DNA from: an uncultured Clostridia bacterium
Lineage (GTDB): Bacteria; Bacillota; Clostridia; TANB77; CAG-508
DNA length: 64,000 bases
NCBI GenBank assembly: GCA_934157035.1
Contig: CAKPHG010000001.1
Location: 73,342 to 137,341, forward strand
Reading direction: 5' to 3'
This document shows positions 26,077 through 36,448 of the stretch, one piece after another; positions within the stretch are counted from its first letter, which is position 1; the number at the start of each line of letters is the position of its first letter. A model generated the notes under the pieces. That model was not told the DNA's origin. It saw only the letters and a program-made list of their open reading frames with translations, and did not search any database. A program made the position numbers and the translations under genes.

Positions 26077-26367
26077 ATGTCAATACGATGCAATTCCAAT
26101 TTGCCACGGTCAATTTCTGTTGCTGACTTTATTTTAGAGGATAATGGTCATTCTATAGCAGAAGCAATTAAAGAATTTAAATTATCAAGATCTACAATAG
26201 AACGAGATATTAATTATTTAGGTTCTTGTGCTTTTTATGGAAATTTTCCTAATGAAAGAGAACTACAGCAAAAGTATATTGCTGTTAAAAAAACTTTAAC
26301 TAGACTTGATAAAGAAAATAAAAAATATTGCAAATACAATAATTCTCGAAGAGCAACTTCTAAATAG
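26077..26367 (+). CDS. SpoIIID-like helix-turn-helix DNA-binding protein (putative transcriptional regulator)
   Basis: ISVADFILEDNGHSIAEAIKEFKLSRSTIERDINYLG resembles the SpoIIID HTH (A.YI.E...VR.AAK.FGVSKSTVHKD). SD AGGAAGacaatatttATG. Followed by terminator agagcaacttctaaatagaagttgctcct. Confidence 0.4.
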   Translation: MSIRCNSNLPRSISVADFILEDNGHSIAEAIKEFKLSRSTIERDINYLGSCAFYGNFPNERELQQKYIAVKKTLTRLDKENKKYCKYNNSRRATSK

Positions 26368-26385
26368 AAGTTGCTCCTCTTTTTA
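26348..26385. terminator. Bidirectional intrinsic terminator between the SpoIIID-like gene and rpiA
   Basis: gaagagcaacttctaaatagaagttgctcctcttttt. Confidence 0.7.
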
Positions 26386-27057
26386 TTTCACTACAATTAT
26401 ATCATACCCTATAAACAATCCACTTTCTACTACGCCATCTATTTGTAATAATTTTTCTTCTAAATCTGCTTCTATTTTATTAAACCAAGCATGAATTATA
26501 AAATTTCCGTTATCTGTTACAAGTGGTTTATCTTCATTGTTTGACATTCTTAATTCTACTTTCGCTATGTCAAACTTTAATAAATTCTCTTTTACTTTCT
26601 TTACTTTATCCTGCTTTACTTCTATTGGAACAGGATGTTTTTCTCCAAGTCTTTCCACAAATTTTGAATTATCTACTAATATATAATTCTCATTTGAACT
26701 TTTTATATTCAACTTTTCTTTATATAATGCTGCTCCCATTCCTTTTATAAGCCAGTTGTGAGAATCTATTTCATCTGCTCCATCAAAGCACCAATCAGGC
26801 TTATTTTCTTCTAATGTAGTAGTTTCAATATTTAATTCATTGCATAAATCCTCAATAATTTTTGAAGTAGGAATAGCTTTTATTTGTAAATTTTTTTCTT
26901 TTACTTTTTTAGCTATCTCTAGTACTGTTTGGTATGAAGTGCTTCCAGAACCAAAACCTATTACTTCTCCATTTTTTACTCTTGTAGCCATTCTTTTTGC
27001 TAGTTTTACCTTTTCTTCTTTATTACTTACATTATTTTTCCAATCAAACTCTTGCAT
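26383..27057 (-). CDS. rpiA: Ribose-5-phosphate isomerase A
   Basis: GFGSGSTS. DGADE. KGMGAALYKEK. VxTDNGNFI. RpiA catalytic motifs. Confidence 0.85.
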   Translation of the reverse strand: MQEFDWKNNVSNKEEKVKLAKRMATRVKNGEVIGFGSGSTSYQTVLEIAKKVKEKNLQIKAIPTSKIIEDLCNELNIETTTLEENKPDWCFDGADEIDSHNWLIKGMGAALYKEKLNIKSSNENYILVDNSKFVERLGEKHPVPIEVKQDKVKKVKENLLKFDIAKVELRMSNNEDKPLVTDNGNFIIHAWFNKIEADLEEKLLQIDGVVESGLFIGYDIIVVK

Positions 27058-27219
27058 TTTTTCCTCCTATGCTCCTTTTTGGACATTTTATTTTGGTGTC
27101 ATAAACTCCCTTTTGGATACTTATTTAATATTACATATAAAAATAATATATATACTCTTATATATGGTGAATGTACCAAAAGGGACAGATTAACCTTTAG
27201 GAAACGTCCCTAAAAACAG

Positions 27220-30200
27220 TTACTCTATACTTTTTAAACTTTCTATCATGTCTATTTTCTTTAATGAGAAATATGTTACCACATTTACTATTAATGTGAA
27301 TACTACTGTAATTATAATAGCATATAAATAACTAATTGGCATTATTTCTTTTCCAAATCTTATTACATTTATTTCACATGTCTTTATTATAAACATATTT
27401 AATAAGTATCCTCCAAATAAGCCAAGTATTATTCCTATTATTGTTAATAACACTGTTTCTCTTGTTACATAATCATACACTTCTTTATCGTAAAATCCAA
27501 GTACTTTTATTGTAGCAAGTTCTCTTATTCTTTCGCTAATGTTTACATTTGATAGATTATATAATACTACAAATGCAAGTAATCCTGCTGATATTATTAA
27601 AATTACTACTACATAATTTAATGAGTTCATCATGTCTTTCATTAGACTTTCCATGTTTGAGTTTAATGCTACTGCATTTACATTTTCGTCTTTTAATAAT
27701 TCTTTTGCCATTTCTTTTTCTTGCTCTTCATCTTTTACTCTATTTTGAACATATAGCACATTTGTCTTATATTCTCCATATTTCTCCTCATATAATCCTT
27801 TTGGCATATATACATAATGATAAATGTAGTTTTCTACAATATTAGAAATTTCGAATTCTTTTTGGTTATTATCGTTATCTTTTAATGTAATTTTGTCTCC
27901 TTGTTTTACATTTAGAAGTTGTGCAACTTTATCTGTAATAGCTATTTTGCCTTCTTCTAATTGTATTTTTTCTTTTTTCTTTGTATCTATTAATTGAATT
28001 ACATTTTCCATTTTATTATCTTTTGGAACTATAATTTGTATGTCTTCCTCTTTTTCTCCATTTACTAAAGTTCCTGAAGTCATATATGTTTCTACTACTT
28101 TACTTACTTCTTCTTTTTTCTCTAGTTCTTGTATAAACTCTTGCACGCTTTCGTTCTCTGCACTATTTTTCAAGCTAATTTGCATATCATAATGATATAT
28201 TTTTTGATATTGGCTTGGTATTATTGCAGATATTGCGTCTTTTATTCCAAAGCCTGTTAAAATAAGCGCTGTACATCCTGCAATTCCTATAATTGTCATT
28301 AAAAATCTTTTCTTGTAACGGAATATGTTTCGAACTGTTACTTTTTGGTTAAATTTTAAATGTTTCCATATAAATGGTATTTTTTCTAAAAGAACTCTTT
28401 TCCCTGGCTTTGGTGCTTTTGGTCTCATAAGTTCTGAAGGAGTTTCACCTAAAGATCTTAAAACTGTATATAATGTAGCTCCTATTATACATATACTTGC
28501 AAGTCCAAGTCCTAATATAGCATAATACCAATTAAATTTAATTACTAAATCTGGCAATGAGTACATCATATTATACATCATTAATATTATTCTTGGAAGT
28601 AGCTGAAATCCTACTAACATTCCTAAAATTCCACCCACAATACATGCTATTCCTGCATATAATAAGTATTTCATTGCTATTTGCATTTTGTTATATCCTA
28701 GCGCTTTTAATGTACCTATTTGAACCCTTTGCTCTTCTACCATTCTTGTCATAGATGTTAAAGAAATTAGAGTTGCTATAACAAAGAATACTATTGGAAA
28801 TACTTTTCCTAAATTTTCTATACTTTTGCTATCTTGTACATAATTGCTATAACCTGTATTTGACTGTCTGTCTAAAATATACCATGTTGGATGATCTATT
28901 TTGTCTATTTCTTCTCTTGAATCTGAAAGTTTTTTCTCTGCTTCTTTTATTTTGTCGTTATATTCATTTCTATTTTTATTTAATTCTTCTTTTCCTTCTT
29001 CTAGTTCTTTTTTTGAAGTATTTATTTTTTGTTGTGCAGTTTTAAATTCAGCATTTGCCTGCTCCCTTGAAGCACTTAATGTTTCTTCTTGTTTAGCTAT
29101 CTCCTCTTTGGCTTGTTTTAGTTTTTCTTTTCCTTCTTGTAGTTTTGTATTTATTGTACTTATTCCATTTTCTATTTGATTTATTCCCGCTTCTACTTGT
29201 GTTTTATTTGCATTTAAATTCTCTATTGCTGCCTCTAAACTAGCTTTCTTAATTTGTAAATTTGTTATTTGCTCTTGTGTTAAATTCGTATTTTTTAAAC
29301 TTTCTAATACATTTTGATATTGTTTTTCTAGTGTGCTAATATTTGTATTTAATGCATTTAAATTATTTTGCATATCTTCTTTTTGAGCATTCAAGTTTTC
29401 AATTTGCTTGTTTGCTTCTTCTATCTGTTTTGGCATATTTTGTTCTTGAATGGCAATTTCGTTTTTTGCCTCTTCTAATTGTTTTTCTGCACTTTGAAAT
29501 TTACTTTCAGCTTCAGCCTTTTTATTATTTAAAGTGTTTTGTGCAGATATTAACTTACTTTCTCCACTTGTTATCTTATTTTCTGCATCTGCTAATTTTT
29601 CTTCTGCAGTTTGTTTCTCTTCTTCTAGCTTTTCTTCAGCTTCTTGTATTTTTTCCTCTGCCTCTTTCCTTACTTCTTCATATCTTGCATTTTGTCTTTG
29701 CTCTTTTATTTTTTCTACTTCATCTTTTGCTTGTTGAATATAATTTTTATATTCTTGTGAAGATGTTTCCATTTTACTTGCATTTTTTAATGTGATATAA
29801 ATTTGTGTATATACCTTGCTTTCAAAACTTTCTTTTGGCAAATATAAATTATAACTTACCTTACCAGAACCTAATTTAGAAGTATCCCTTTCCCTTGAAA
29901 TATATAAAGGACTTTCCATAGTTCCAACAATTATAACTTCTTTTTCTTTTATTATGCTATCTTCTTCAGTCTCTATTGTTAAACTATCTCCTATATTTTT
30001 ATTTTTAAATTTACAAAATGCTTCTTCTACTAAACATTCATTAGCATTTTGTGGCATTCTTCCTTCAAGTAAAGTTACTGTATTTACACTATCTAATGAC
30101 AATACTTTTGTTACAATTTCAGTATCTTCATAGTTTAGTAAAACATCTTCGCTATATTCGCCATAAACATTTTCTATTTTATCTATTTCCTTTAAAGCTT

Positions 30201-30432
30201 TTATATCTTCATCAGTTAAACCTAGTGTTGAAATTACCTCTATATCATATACATTGTTTTCGTCAAATCTTTTATCTAATGTATAAATCATATCTGGGCT
30301 TGCTGCTCTAATTCCTGCAAAAAAGCCTACACCTAAAAAAGCCATTAATAAAATGGATATAAAACGTTTATATGTGTTTTTTATTTCTTTTAAGCTATCT
30401 TTTATTAGTGCCTTTTTCATATTTAATCTCAC
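27220..30432 (-). CDS. ABC transporter permease, FtsX/MacB-like, with two FtsX domains and a long extracytoplasmic coiled-coil insert (1070 aa)
   Basis: N-terminal TM. ~300-aa heptad-rich region (EKIQEAEEKLEEEKQTAEEKL...). Two blocks of 3-4 TM helices. Translationally adjacent to the ABC ATPase upstream. Confidence 0.8.
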   Translation of the reverse strand: MRLNMKKALIKDSLKEIKNTYKRFISILLMAFLGVGFFAGIRAASPDMIYTLDKRFDENNVYDIEVISTLGLTDEDIKALKEIDKIENVYGEYSEDVLLNYEDTEIVTKVLSLDSVNTVTLLEGRMPQNANECLVEEAFCKFKNKNIGDSLTIETEEDSIIKEKEVIIVGTMESPLYISRERDTSKLGSGKVSYNLYLPKESFESKVYTQIYITLKNASKMETSSQEYKNYIQQAKDEVEKIKEQRQNARYEEVRKEAEEKIQEAEEKLEEEKQTAEEKLADAENKITSGESKLISAQNTLNNKKAEAESKFQSAEKQLEEAKNEIAIQEQNMPKQIEEANKQIENLNAQKEDMQNNLNALNTNISTLEKQYQNVLESLKNTNLTQEQITNLQIKKASLEAAIENLNANKTQVEAGINQIENGISTINTKLQEGKEKLKQAKEEIAKQEETLSASREQANAEFKTAQQKINTSKKELEEGKEELNKNRNEYNDKIKEAEKKLSDSREEIDKIDHPTWYILDRQSNTGYSNYVQDSKSIENLGKVFPIVFFVIATLISLTSMTRMVEEQRVQIGTLKALGYNKMQIAMKYLLYAGIACIVGGILGMLVGFQLLPRIILMMYNMMYSLPDLVIKFNWYYAILGLGLASICIIGATLYTVLRSLGETPSELMRPKAPKPGKRVLLEKIPFIWKHLKFNQKVTVRNIFRYKKRFLMTIIGIAGCTALILTGFGIKDAISAIIPSQYQKIYHYDMQISLKNSAENESVQEFIQELEKKEEVSKVVETYMTSGTLVNGEKEEDIQIIVPKDNKMENVIQLIDTKKKEKIQLEEGKIAITDKVAQLLNVKQGDKITLKDNDNNQKEFEISNIVENYIYHYVYMPKGLYEEKYGEYKTNVLYVQNRVKDEEQEKEMAKELLKDENVNAVALNSNMESLMKDMMNSLNYVVVILIISAGLLAFVVLYNLSNVNISERIRELATIKVLGFYDKEVYDYVTRETVLLTIIGIILGLFGGYLLNMFIIKTCEINVIRFGKEIMPISYLYAIIITVVFTLIVNVVTYFSLKKIDMIESLKSIE

Positions 30433-30455
30433 TCCTCGTTTTGGTCACAAATGAA

Positions 30456-31157
30456 TTACCATTCAATTTCTTCTATAGGTGTTGGATTCTCATTTATTAT
30501 AATATTTTCAGCCTTTCCATTTTTAAAATGAATTACTTTGTCTGCCATTGGAGCTATAGCTGAATTGTGTGTAATAATTATAACTGTCATATTTTCTTTT
30601 CTACAAGTATTTTGCAATAACTCTAGTATTTGTTTTCCTGTTTTATAATCTAGTGCACCTGTTGGTTCATCACATAAAAGTAGTTTAGGATTTTTAGCTA
30701 TTGCTCTTGCTATTGCAACTCTTTGTTGCTCTCCACCAGATAATTGTGAAGGGAAGTTTCTCACTCTATCTTTTAATCCTACCTTTTTTATTATTGTTTC
30801 TGGATTTAAAGAATCTTTACAAATTTGTGTTGCAAGTTCTACATTTTCTATTGCCGTTAAGTTTTGTACTAAATTATAAAATTGAAATACAAAACCTATA
30901 TCTTCTCTTCTATACTTTACAAGTTCTTTTTTCTTTAATGTTGATACATTTTTTCCATCTACAATTACATCTCCTGAAGTTGGTGTATCCATTCCTCCTA
31001 GAATATTTAAACAAGTAGTTTTACCTGCTCCAGATGGTCCTACTATAACTACTAATTCACCTTTTTCTATTGTAAAATTTGTGTTGTCTAATGCTTTAAT
31101 AGTAACTTCACCCATTTTATATTCTTTCTTTACATTTCTAAACTCTATATATGACAT
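30456..31157 (-). CDS. ABC transporter ATP-binding protein (MacB/LolD-type)
   Basis: GPSGAGKTT Walker [15 protein letters not shown] signature. [12 protein letters not shown] Walker B. H-loop. Confidence 0.9.
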   Translation of the reverse strand: MSYIEFRNVKKEYKMGEVTIKALDNTNFTIEKGELVVIVGPSGAGKTTCLNILGGMDTPTSGDVIVDGKNVSTLKKKELVKYRREDIGFVFQFYNLVQNLTAIENVELATQICKDSLNPETIIKKVGLKDRVRNFPSQLSGGEQQRVAIARAIAKNPKLLLCDEPTGALDYKTGKQILELLQNTCRKENMTVIIITHNSAIAPMADKVIHFKNGKAENIIINENPTPIEEIEW

Positions 31158-31362
31158 TTTTATTTTCCTCTCTCAGAACATTTTTGGACGGGGCAATTTT
31201 GTCCTTTACATAATTTTTTTATTTAACTTATTTTTTATTTTTATATCATATTTTTTATTTTTTTACTATATTTTTCACAGATATTTCATATTTTATAATA
31301 AAACACAATAATATAAAAAGAACACTCTTTATAAATAGCGTGTTCTTTTTCTCATTTTGTCA

Positions 31363-31665
31363 TTAACTTTCAAAAAAATTAAAAATTTCTTTTAATTCTT
31401 CATACCTATTTTCGTTTGTAAGTACATTACAAAACTTGGATATACTTGATTCATAATGTCCGTGTTCTAAATTCACCCGAACTTCTCCATCCTTATATAC
31501 CTGTATTCCAATAGTTTTGTCTATATCTTCCAACAAAAATTCATATATTTTATAGCTTATATTACTTTTTGTAATCGCTTTTGATCTTAGCAATTTGTAA
31601 ATGAAATCTTCTTTTTTTACCCGTTGCATTTTTCCATTGTAATATAATACTATTCCATTGTGCAT
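31363..31665 (-). CDS. Hypothetical protein (100 aa)
   Basis: ORF with SD AGGAGGATAAAAATG. No recognisable motif. Confidence 0.4.
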   Translation of the reverse strand: MHNGIVLYYNGKMQRVKKEDFIYKLLRSKAITKSNISYKIYEFLLEDIDKTIGIQVYKDGEVRVNLEHGHYESSISKFCNVLTNENRYEELKEIFNFFES

Positions 31666-31766
31666 TTTTATCCTCCTACTAATTAGCTTAAAGAATTGTT
31701 ACATTGCTACATTGCTTATTGTAACACATTTCAGACTTTCTTACAATAGCCCATTCAAATTCCACT

Positions 31767-32993
31767 TTAAATTCTCTTTCCAATATAATTATTTTTCTTT
31801 CCTCTTTTTACAACTATATATGTATCTTCTATAAACTTAGAGTTATCAACAATTGTATTTACATCTGTTACTTTATCACCATTTATTGATATAGCACCGT
31901 TTGAAATAAATTCTCTTGCTTCTCTTTTACTTGACGCTGCACCTAATGCTACTACTAAATCTAAAATATTTTGATTTGCTTCTACTTCTTTTATATCTTC
32001 ATTTCCAAATAATTCTTCAATATCATTTTTACTTAAATCAGCAAATTTATTATTGAATAAGTGGTCTGCTAAATTTACTGCTTTTTCATATTCTTCTTTT
32101 CCGTGTAAGAAAGTAATAATTTCTCTTGCTAATGCTTTGTGCGCTTCTCTTAGTTCTGGGTGTTCATTATTTTTCTTTTCTAATTCTTCAATTTCTTCTT
32201 TAGAAAGGAATGTATAAATTTTTAGGTAATCTATTACCATACTATCTTCTACATTTGTAAAGAATTGATATAATTTGTAACTTGAAGTTTTTTCTTTATC
32301 AAGCCATAATGCATTTCCTTCTGATTTTCCAAATTTCTTTCCTTGAGAATCTGTAACTAGTGGCATTGTAAATCCATATACTTCATCTCCTGTAGATTTT
32401 CTAATTAAATCTATACCTGCTGTAATGTTTCCCCATTGATCTGAACCTGCACATTGTAAGTCTACACCTTTATTTTCATGTAGCCATTTAAAGTCTAATG
32501 CTTGTAAAATCATGTATGAAAATTCTGTGTATGTAATTCCACTATCTAATCTTCTTCTAATTATATCTTTATCTAACATGTAATTTATATTGAAAAATTT
32601 TCCGTAATCTCTTAAGAAATCTATTACATTTATGTCCTTGTACCAGTCATTATTATTTACAACTTCAAATCCAAATATCTTTTCAACTTGAGCTTTTAAA
32701 CCTTCAAAATTGTGTCTTACTTCTTCTTTAGAAATCATTGCTCTTTCTGTAGTAGGACGTGGATCGCCTATCATTCCTGTTCCACCACCTACTAGTAATA
32801 TTGGGTTATGTCCTGCTTCTTTTAATCTTTTTGAAATTAAGAAACTTGATAAGTGCCCTACATGAAGACTATCTGCTGTTGGGTCTGTTCCAATATAAAA
32901 TGTAAGACCACCTTTATTTAATTTTTCTTCTAATTCTGGACTTGATATATCTTTTATAAGTCCTCTCCATTTTAATTCTTCAACTAATGTCAT
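31767..32993 (-). CDS. tyrS: Tyrosyl-tRNA synthetase
   Basis: HIGH motif (HVGHL). KMSKS variant (KFGKS). C-terminal S4 domain. SD AAAGGAGGAAACAAAATG. Confidence 0.95.
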   Translation of the reverse strand: MTLVEELKWRGLIKDISSPELEEKLNKGGLTFYIGTDPTADSLHVGHLSSFLISKRLKEAGHNPILLVGGGTGMIGDPRPTTERAMISKEEVRHNFEGLKAQVEKIFGFEVVNNNDWYKDINVIDFLRDYGKFFNINYMLDKDIIRRRLDSGITYTEFSYMILQALDFKWLHENKGVDLQCAGSDQWGNITAGIDLIRKSTGDEVYGFTMPLVTDSQGKKFGKSEGNALWLDKEKTSSYKLYQFFTNVEDSMVIDYLKIYTFLSKEEIEELEKKNNEHPELREAHKALAREIITFLHGKEEYEKAVNLADHLFNNKFADLSKNDIEELFGNEDIKEVEANQNILDLVVALGAASSKREAREFISNGAISINGDKVTDVNTIVDNSKFIEDTYIVVKRGKKNNYIGKRI

Positions 32994-33004
32994 TTTGTTT
33001 CCTC

Positions 33005-33290
33005 CTTTTTATTAAAATAAAAGAGCCAAATGCATCCCGCTAAAGGACGATTTGACTCGTGGTACCACCTTTATTTACTTATTCTTAATAAGCCTTATTT
33101 TAGCTGTTCGTAGCTTAATCGTTAATTACTATAAGAATTGTAATTCATAATTTTATATACTAATAGTTTTCACCTACCACTATCTCTCTAAAGTTACTAT
33201 AAAATTACTACTAGGTTTCTTTTTAAAGCGTAATTAAATTAATGATATTTGTATTATACTATATATTTTTTCTCATTGCAAGTAAATTAT
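33005..33290 (-). promoter_or_regulatory. T-box riboswitch leader of tyrS (terminator/antiterminator)
   Basis: Minus strand has T-box sequence AAAGGTGGTACCACGAG (plus 33055..33072). This is followed by a terminator hairpin (GAGUCAAAUCG.../...CAUUUGGCUC) and U-run just upstream of the tyrS SD. Confidence 0.65.
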
Positions 33291-33335
33291 TATTTTTTAT
33301 GTAAAGATCAAAAGTGACCCATCCCAAAATGTCCT

Positions 33336-35324
33336 TTATTTTTCTTTCACTATATTACAAATCATCTCTGCACTTTTTTCTACTCCCAGTAAATCACTAT
33401 TTATGCAAATATCATAATTACTAAATTCTTTCCAATCTTTGTCTGTATAATGTTTGTAATGATTTGCTCTTAATTTGTCTATTTTTTCTATCTCTTTTTC
33501 AGCTTTATCTTCTTCATATCCATATATTTGTGTAGCTCTTTTTATTTTATCTTCCATATTGCTATATACAAATACTTTTACTACATTTTTTTCGTCTTTT
33601 AGTATAAAATCTGCACATCTTCCTATTACTACACATGAATCTTTAGATGCTAATTCTTTTATTAGTTCAGATTCTTTTACAAATAATTCATCTGAATTAT
33701 CTAGTCCTATATAATATCCGTTGTTTAATATTGCTGATGCATCTCTTTTTTGTTCATTGTTTTCTATGTATTCTTCTGATAAACCTGTTGTTTCTGCTAG
33801 CTTTGTGATAATTTCTTTATCATAAAACTTGATTCCTAGCTTATCTGCAATTAGTCTTCCTACATATCTTCCACCTGAACCATATTCTCTAGAAATTGTT
33901 ATTATTACATGGTCTTTTACTTTTTTGTCTGTACTTGTATCATCTATTAAAGCTTCACTCTTGACTTTTTCTTTTCCTAAATGTTTCATTTCTACTATAA
34001 TTAATATTCCTGATATTACAAATGCTAATCCATCTGCAAATGGTCCTGCATATAATACACCAATTAGTCCAAATATGCTTCCAAATATAACCATTGCTGG
34101 TATTAAAAATGCTATTTGTCTAGACAATGAAAGTATTGCACTTTTTGCACTCTTTCCAATTGCTTGGAAGAATATTCCTGATGGTATTTGTATTCCGTTA
34201 CAAATTACTAACATTAAATATGTTCTAAATGCTACGCATGCAAATTCCATATATAACTCGTTTCCACTACCAAATATTGAAATAAGTTTATCTGGTATTG
34301 TTTGGAATAATATAAATGCTATTATGCTAATTATTAAACTTAAACCTAATACATATTTTAAAGTTTTCTTTACTCTATTATATTTTCCGGCACCATAGTT
34401 ATAACCTAATATTGGCTGTGAACCTGCTGCAATTCCTATTATTATACTATTTAATATTTGGCTAATTTTCATAACTATACCAAGCACTGTAATTGGTATA
34501 TCTGCACCATATTTTGATTCTGCACCATATTTTCCAAGTAAATTGTTTTCAAACGCTATAACTAAAACTATACTCATTTGAGTTATAAAACTACTTATTC
34601 CTAATGCTGATACTTTTCTTACAACTAGAAATTGTGGTTTTAGTTCTTCTTTTCCTATTTTTACTGATTTAAATTTTTTAATATAAAATATATTCATTAA
34701 AAATGTCACTATTTGGCTTATAACTGTTGCAATTGCCGCACCTTCTACTCCCATATTTAATGGAAATATGAATATTGGATCTAATATAACATTTAATATT
34801 GCCCCTATTACCATAGATGTCATTGCATATTTTGGATTTCCATCTGCTCTTATTATAGAATTTAAAGTTGTTCCTATCATCATAAATGGAAGGCCTATTA
34901 CTATAATCCATCCATATTCTAAAGCAAATGGTCTTATATTTTCTGTACATCCAAATAAATTTAATAATTGTGGTAAGAAAATTAAGTATGTTGCACAAAG
35001 TAATATTGAAACAATTATTGAAATTGTAATTGCATTTCCTATTCCTTTTGCTGCTTCTTTTTGTTTTTTCTCTCCTAATTTTAAGCTAAGATATGCTGCT
35101 CCACCATCTCCAAACATTAAAGCAAAAGCAAGACATATCATTGTAAGTGGAAACACTACATTTGTTGCTCCATTTCCTAATATTCCTACTCCCCATCCTA
35201 TAAAAACTTGGTCAACTATATTATACAAAGAATTTACCAACAATGATATAATACATGGTACTGCAAATTTTCTAATTAGTTTTCCTATTTTTTCATATCC
35301 TAAAATGTTCTCTTCTTTTTCCAT
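33336..35324 (-). CDS. MATE-family efflux transporter (aa 1..~450) fused to a C-terminal cytidylate-kinase-like (AAA_18/Cytidylate_kin2) domain
   Basis: 12-TM MATE N-part (GYEKIGKLIRKFAVPCIISLLVNSLYNIVDQVFIG...). C-part IITISREYGSGGRYVGRLIADKLGIKFYDKEII has a P-loop-like REYGSGG typical of the cytidylate-kinase-like family. Single uninterrupted ORF. Confidence 0.7.
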   Translation of the reverse strand: MEKEENILGYEKIGKLIRKFAVPCIISLLVNSLYNIVDQVFIGWGVGILGNGATNVVFPLTMICLAFALMFGDGGAAYLSLKLGEKKQKEAAKGIGNAITISIIVSILLCATYLIFLPQLLNLFGCTENIRPFALEYGWIIVIGLPFMMIGTTLNSIIRADGNPKYAMTSMVIGAILNVILDPIFIFPLNMGVEGAAIATVISQIVTFLMNIFYIKKFKSVKIGKEELKPQFLVVRKVSALGISSFITQMSIVLVIAFENNLLGKYGAESKYGADIPITVLGIVMKISQILNSIIIGIAAGSQPILGYNYGAGKYNRVKKTLKYVLGLSLIISIIAFILFQTIPDKLISIFGSGNELYMEFACVAFRTYLMLVICNGIQIPSGIFFQAIGKSAKSAILSLSRQIAFLIPAMVIFGSIFGLIGVLYAGPFADGLAFVISGILIIVEMKHLGKEKVKSEALIDDTSTDKKVKDHVIITISREYGSGGRYVGRLIADKLGIKFYDKEIITKLAETTGLSEEYIENNEQKRDASAILNNGYYIGLDNSDELFVKESELIKELASKDSCVVIGRCADFILKDEKNVVKVFVYSNMEDKIKRATQIYGYEEDKAEKEIEKIDKLRANHYKHYTDKDWKEFSNYDICINSDLLGVEKSAEMICNIVKEK

Positions 35325-35375
35325 TTTTTTACTTCATCCTTTTCTATATATTTTCGTACTTAAATTTTACTAAAC

Positions 35376-35406
35376 GCAAAAAACAACACTCTTTTCAAGT
35401 GTTGTT
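35376..35406 (-). terminator. Intrinsic terminator of the sigma-factor operon (AACAACACT/AGTGTTGTT plus U-run)
   Basis: Minus strand reads aacaacacttgaaaagagtgttgttttttgcg. Confidence 0.7.
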
Positions 35407-35518
35407 CGTTAGTCATTGTTTAATTAACAATGTGCGTTTCCATTCTTGTATTATTAATAATAACATAGTTTTAAAAAAATGTCAAAATATAATAAAAAAA
35501 TAGTGTAATGCTTATCCT

Positions 35519-36427
35519 TTATGAAATTGCCATTGATAATACTTTTAAGTTCCAATAGTCATTATCTACTAAAGTTAACTCATATTCAGGAAATACTGCT
35601 GCTAGACCTCCTCTGTATTTTTCAAGGCTTAATACCGCTTTATCAAATTCTATTTTTTCTATATCTGTTGCTGTAATTAGTATTCCTTGTAAATATATAT
35701 TTTCTTTGTCAAAATATCCTTTTTCTTTTAGTTCTTCCATTGTTGCCTCTATTACATTTTCATTGTACTTTTTACAATACTCTAATAATGCTTTCTTTTC
35801 ATTTGGAGATAAACTTCTTAATTGTGAACTTCCATCATATCTATCTTTATGATATGCTAAAAATTTTGTAAAATCTATTGCTATAAATTTTGCATCTTCA
35901 TTTATTGCTGGATCTTGATTTATTAAATCATCTAAAATTTTCTTATACATTTCTATTGTATAGTTTTTTACTTCTTCTATCTTTGTGCAATTTACTCGGG
36001 TAGGATATGTTTCTAATATTTCTCCTGTGCATGTTACTTTTACTATTGTTCCTACTTCGTAATTATTTCCATCATATTCTTTTAAATATATTTCTACTTT
36101 ATCTAAATTCTTTCTAATTTCTTCATCTTCTAATGGCTCTATATCAATTCGAATAATTCCTGGCGTTCCTTCTACCCAATTCACTTCTTCATAAATTCCA
36201 AGATTGTCTATAACTTTTCCTAAAAATGTATATTCATTTGTATCTTTCTTTGCTAATTCTTCTTTTACATCTTTTATAGTAGGATTATATTTAAACCCCC
36301 ATGTACTAAAAAATACTGGTTCATTATTTTTCATTCTATTCAAGTCTATAATATATAAAGTTCCTATTGTTAATACTACAAGTAGAATTGCAATGCCTAT
36401 TATAATTCCTATTTTCTTTTTATTCAT
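35519..36427 (-). CDS. Membrane-anchored hypothetical protein (302 aa) co-transcribed downstream of the sigma-factor fusion gene
   Basis: N-terminal TM. 21-nt gap to the upstream gene. Extracytoplasmic domain of unknown function. Confidence 0.5.
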   Translation of the reverse strand: MNKKKIGIIIGIAILLVVLTIGTLYIIDLNRMKNNEPVFFSTWGFKYNPTIKDVKEELAKKDTNEYTFLGKVIDNLGIYEEVNWVEGTPGIIRIDIEPLEDEEIRKNLDKVEIYLKEYDGNNYEVGTIVKVTCTGEILETYPTRVNCTKIEEVKNYTIEMYKKILDDLINQDPAINEDAKFIAIDFTKFLAYHKDRYDGSSQLRSLSPNEKKALLEYCKKYNENVIEATMEELKEKGYFDKENIYLQGILITATDIEKIEFDKAVLSLEKYRGGLAAVFPEYELTLVDNDYWNLKVLSMAIS

Positions 36428-36448
36428 TAGTAATCACCTTTACCTTTC

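Noticed and set aside
27549-31311. Numerous plus-strand ORFs (27549..27845, 28325..29179, 29343..29795, 30051..31311) across the ABC transporter genes
   Set aside because: Antisense artefacts. The 29343..29795 'protein' is pure Leu/Phe repeats generated by reading the coiled-coil K/E codons backwards.
33475-35373. Plus-strand ORFs 33475..33714, 33829..34398, 34768..35373 and minus 34678..34998 within the MATE gene
   Set aside because: They overlap a 12-TM transporter gene with a coherent hydropathy pattern. Spurious.
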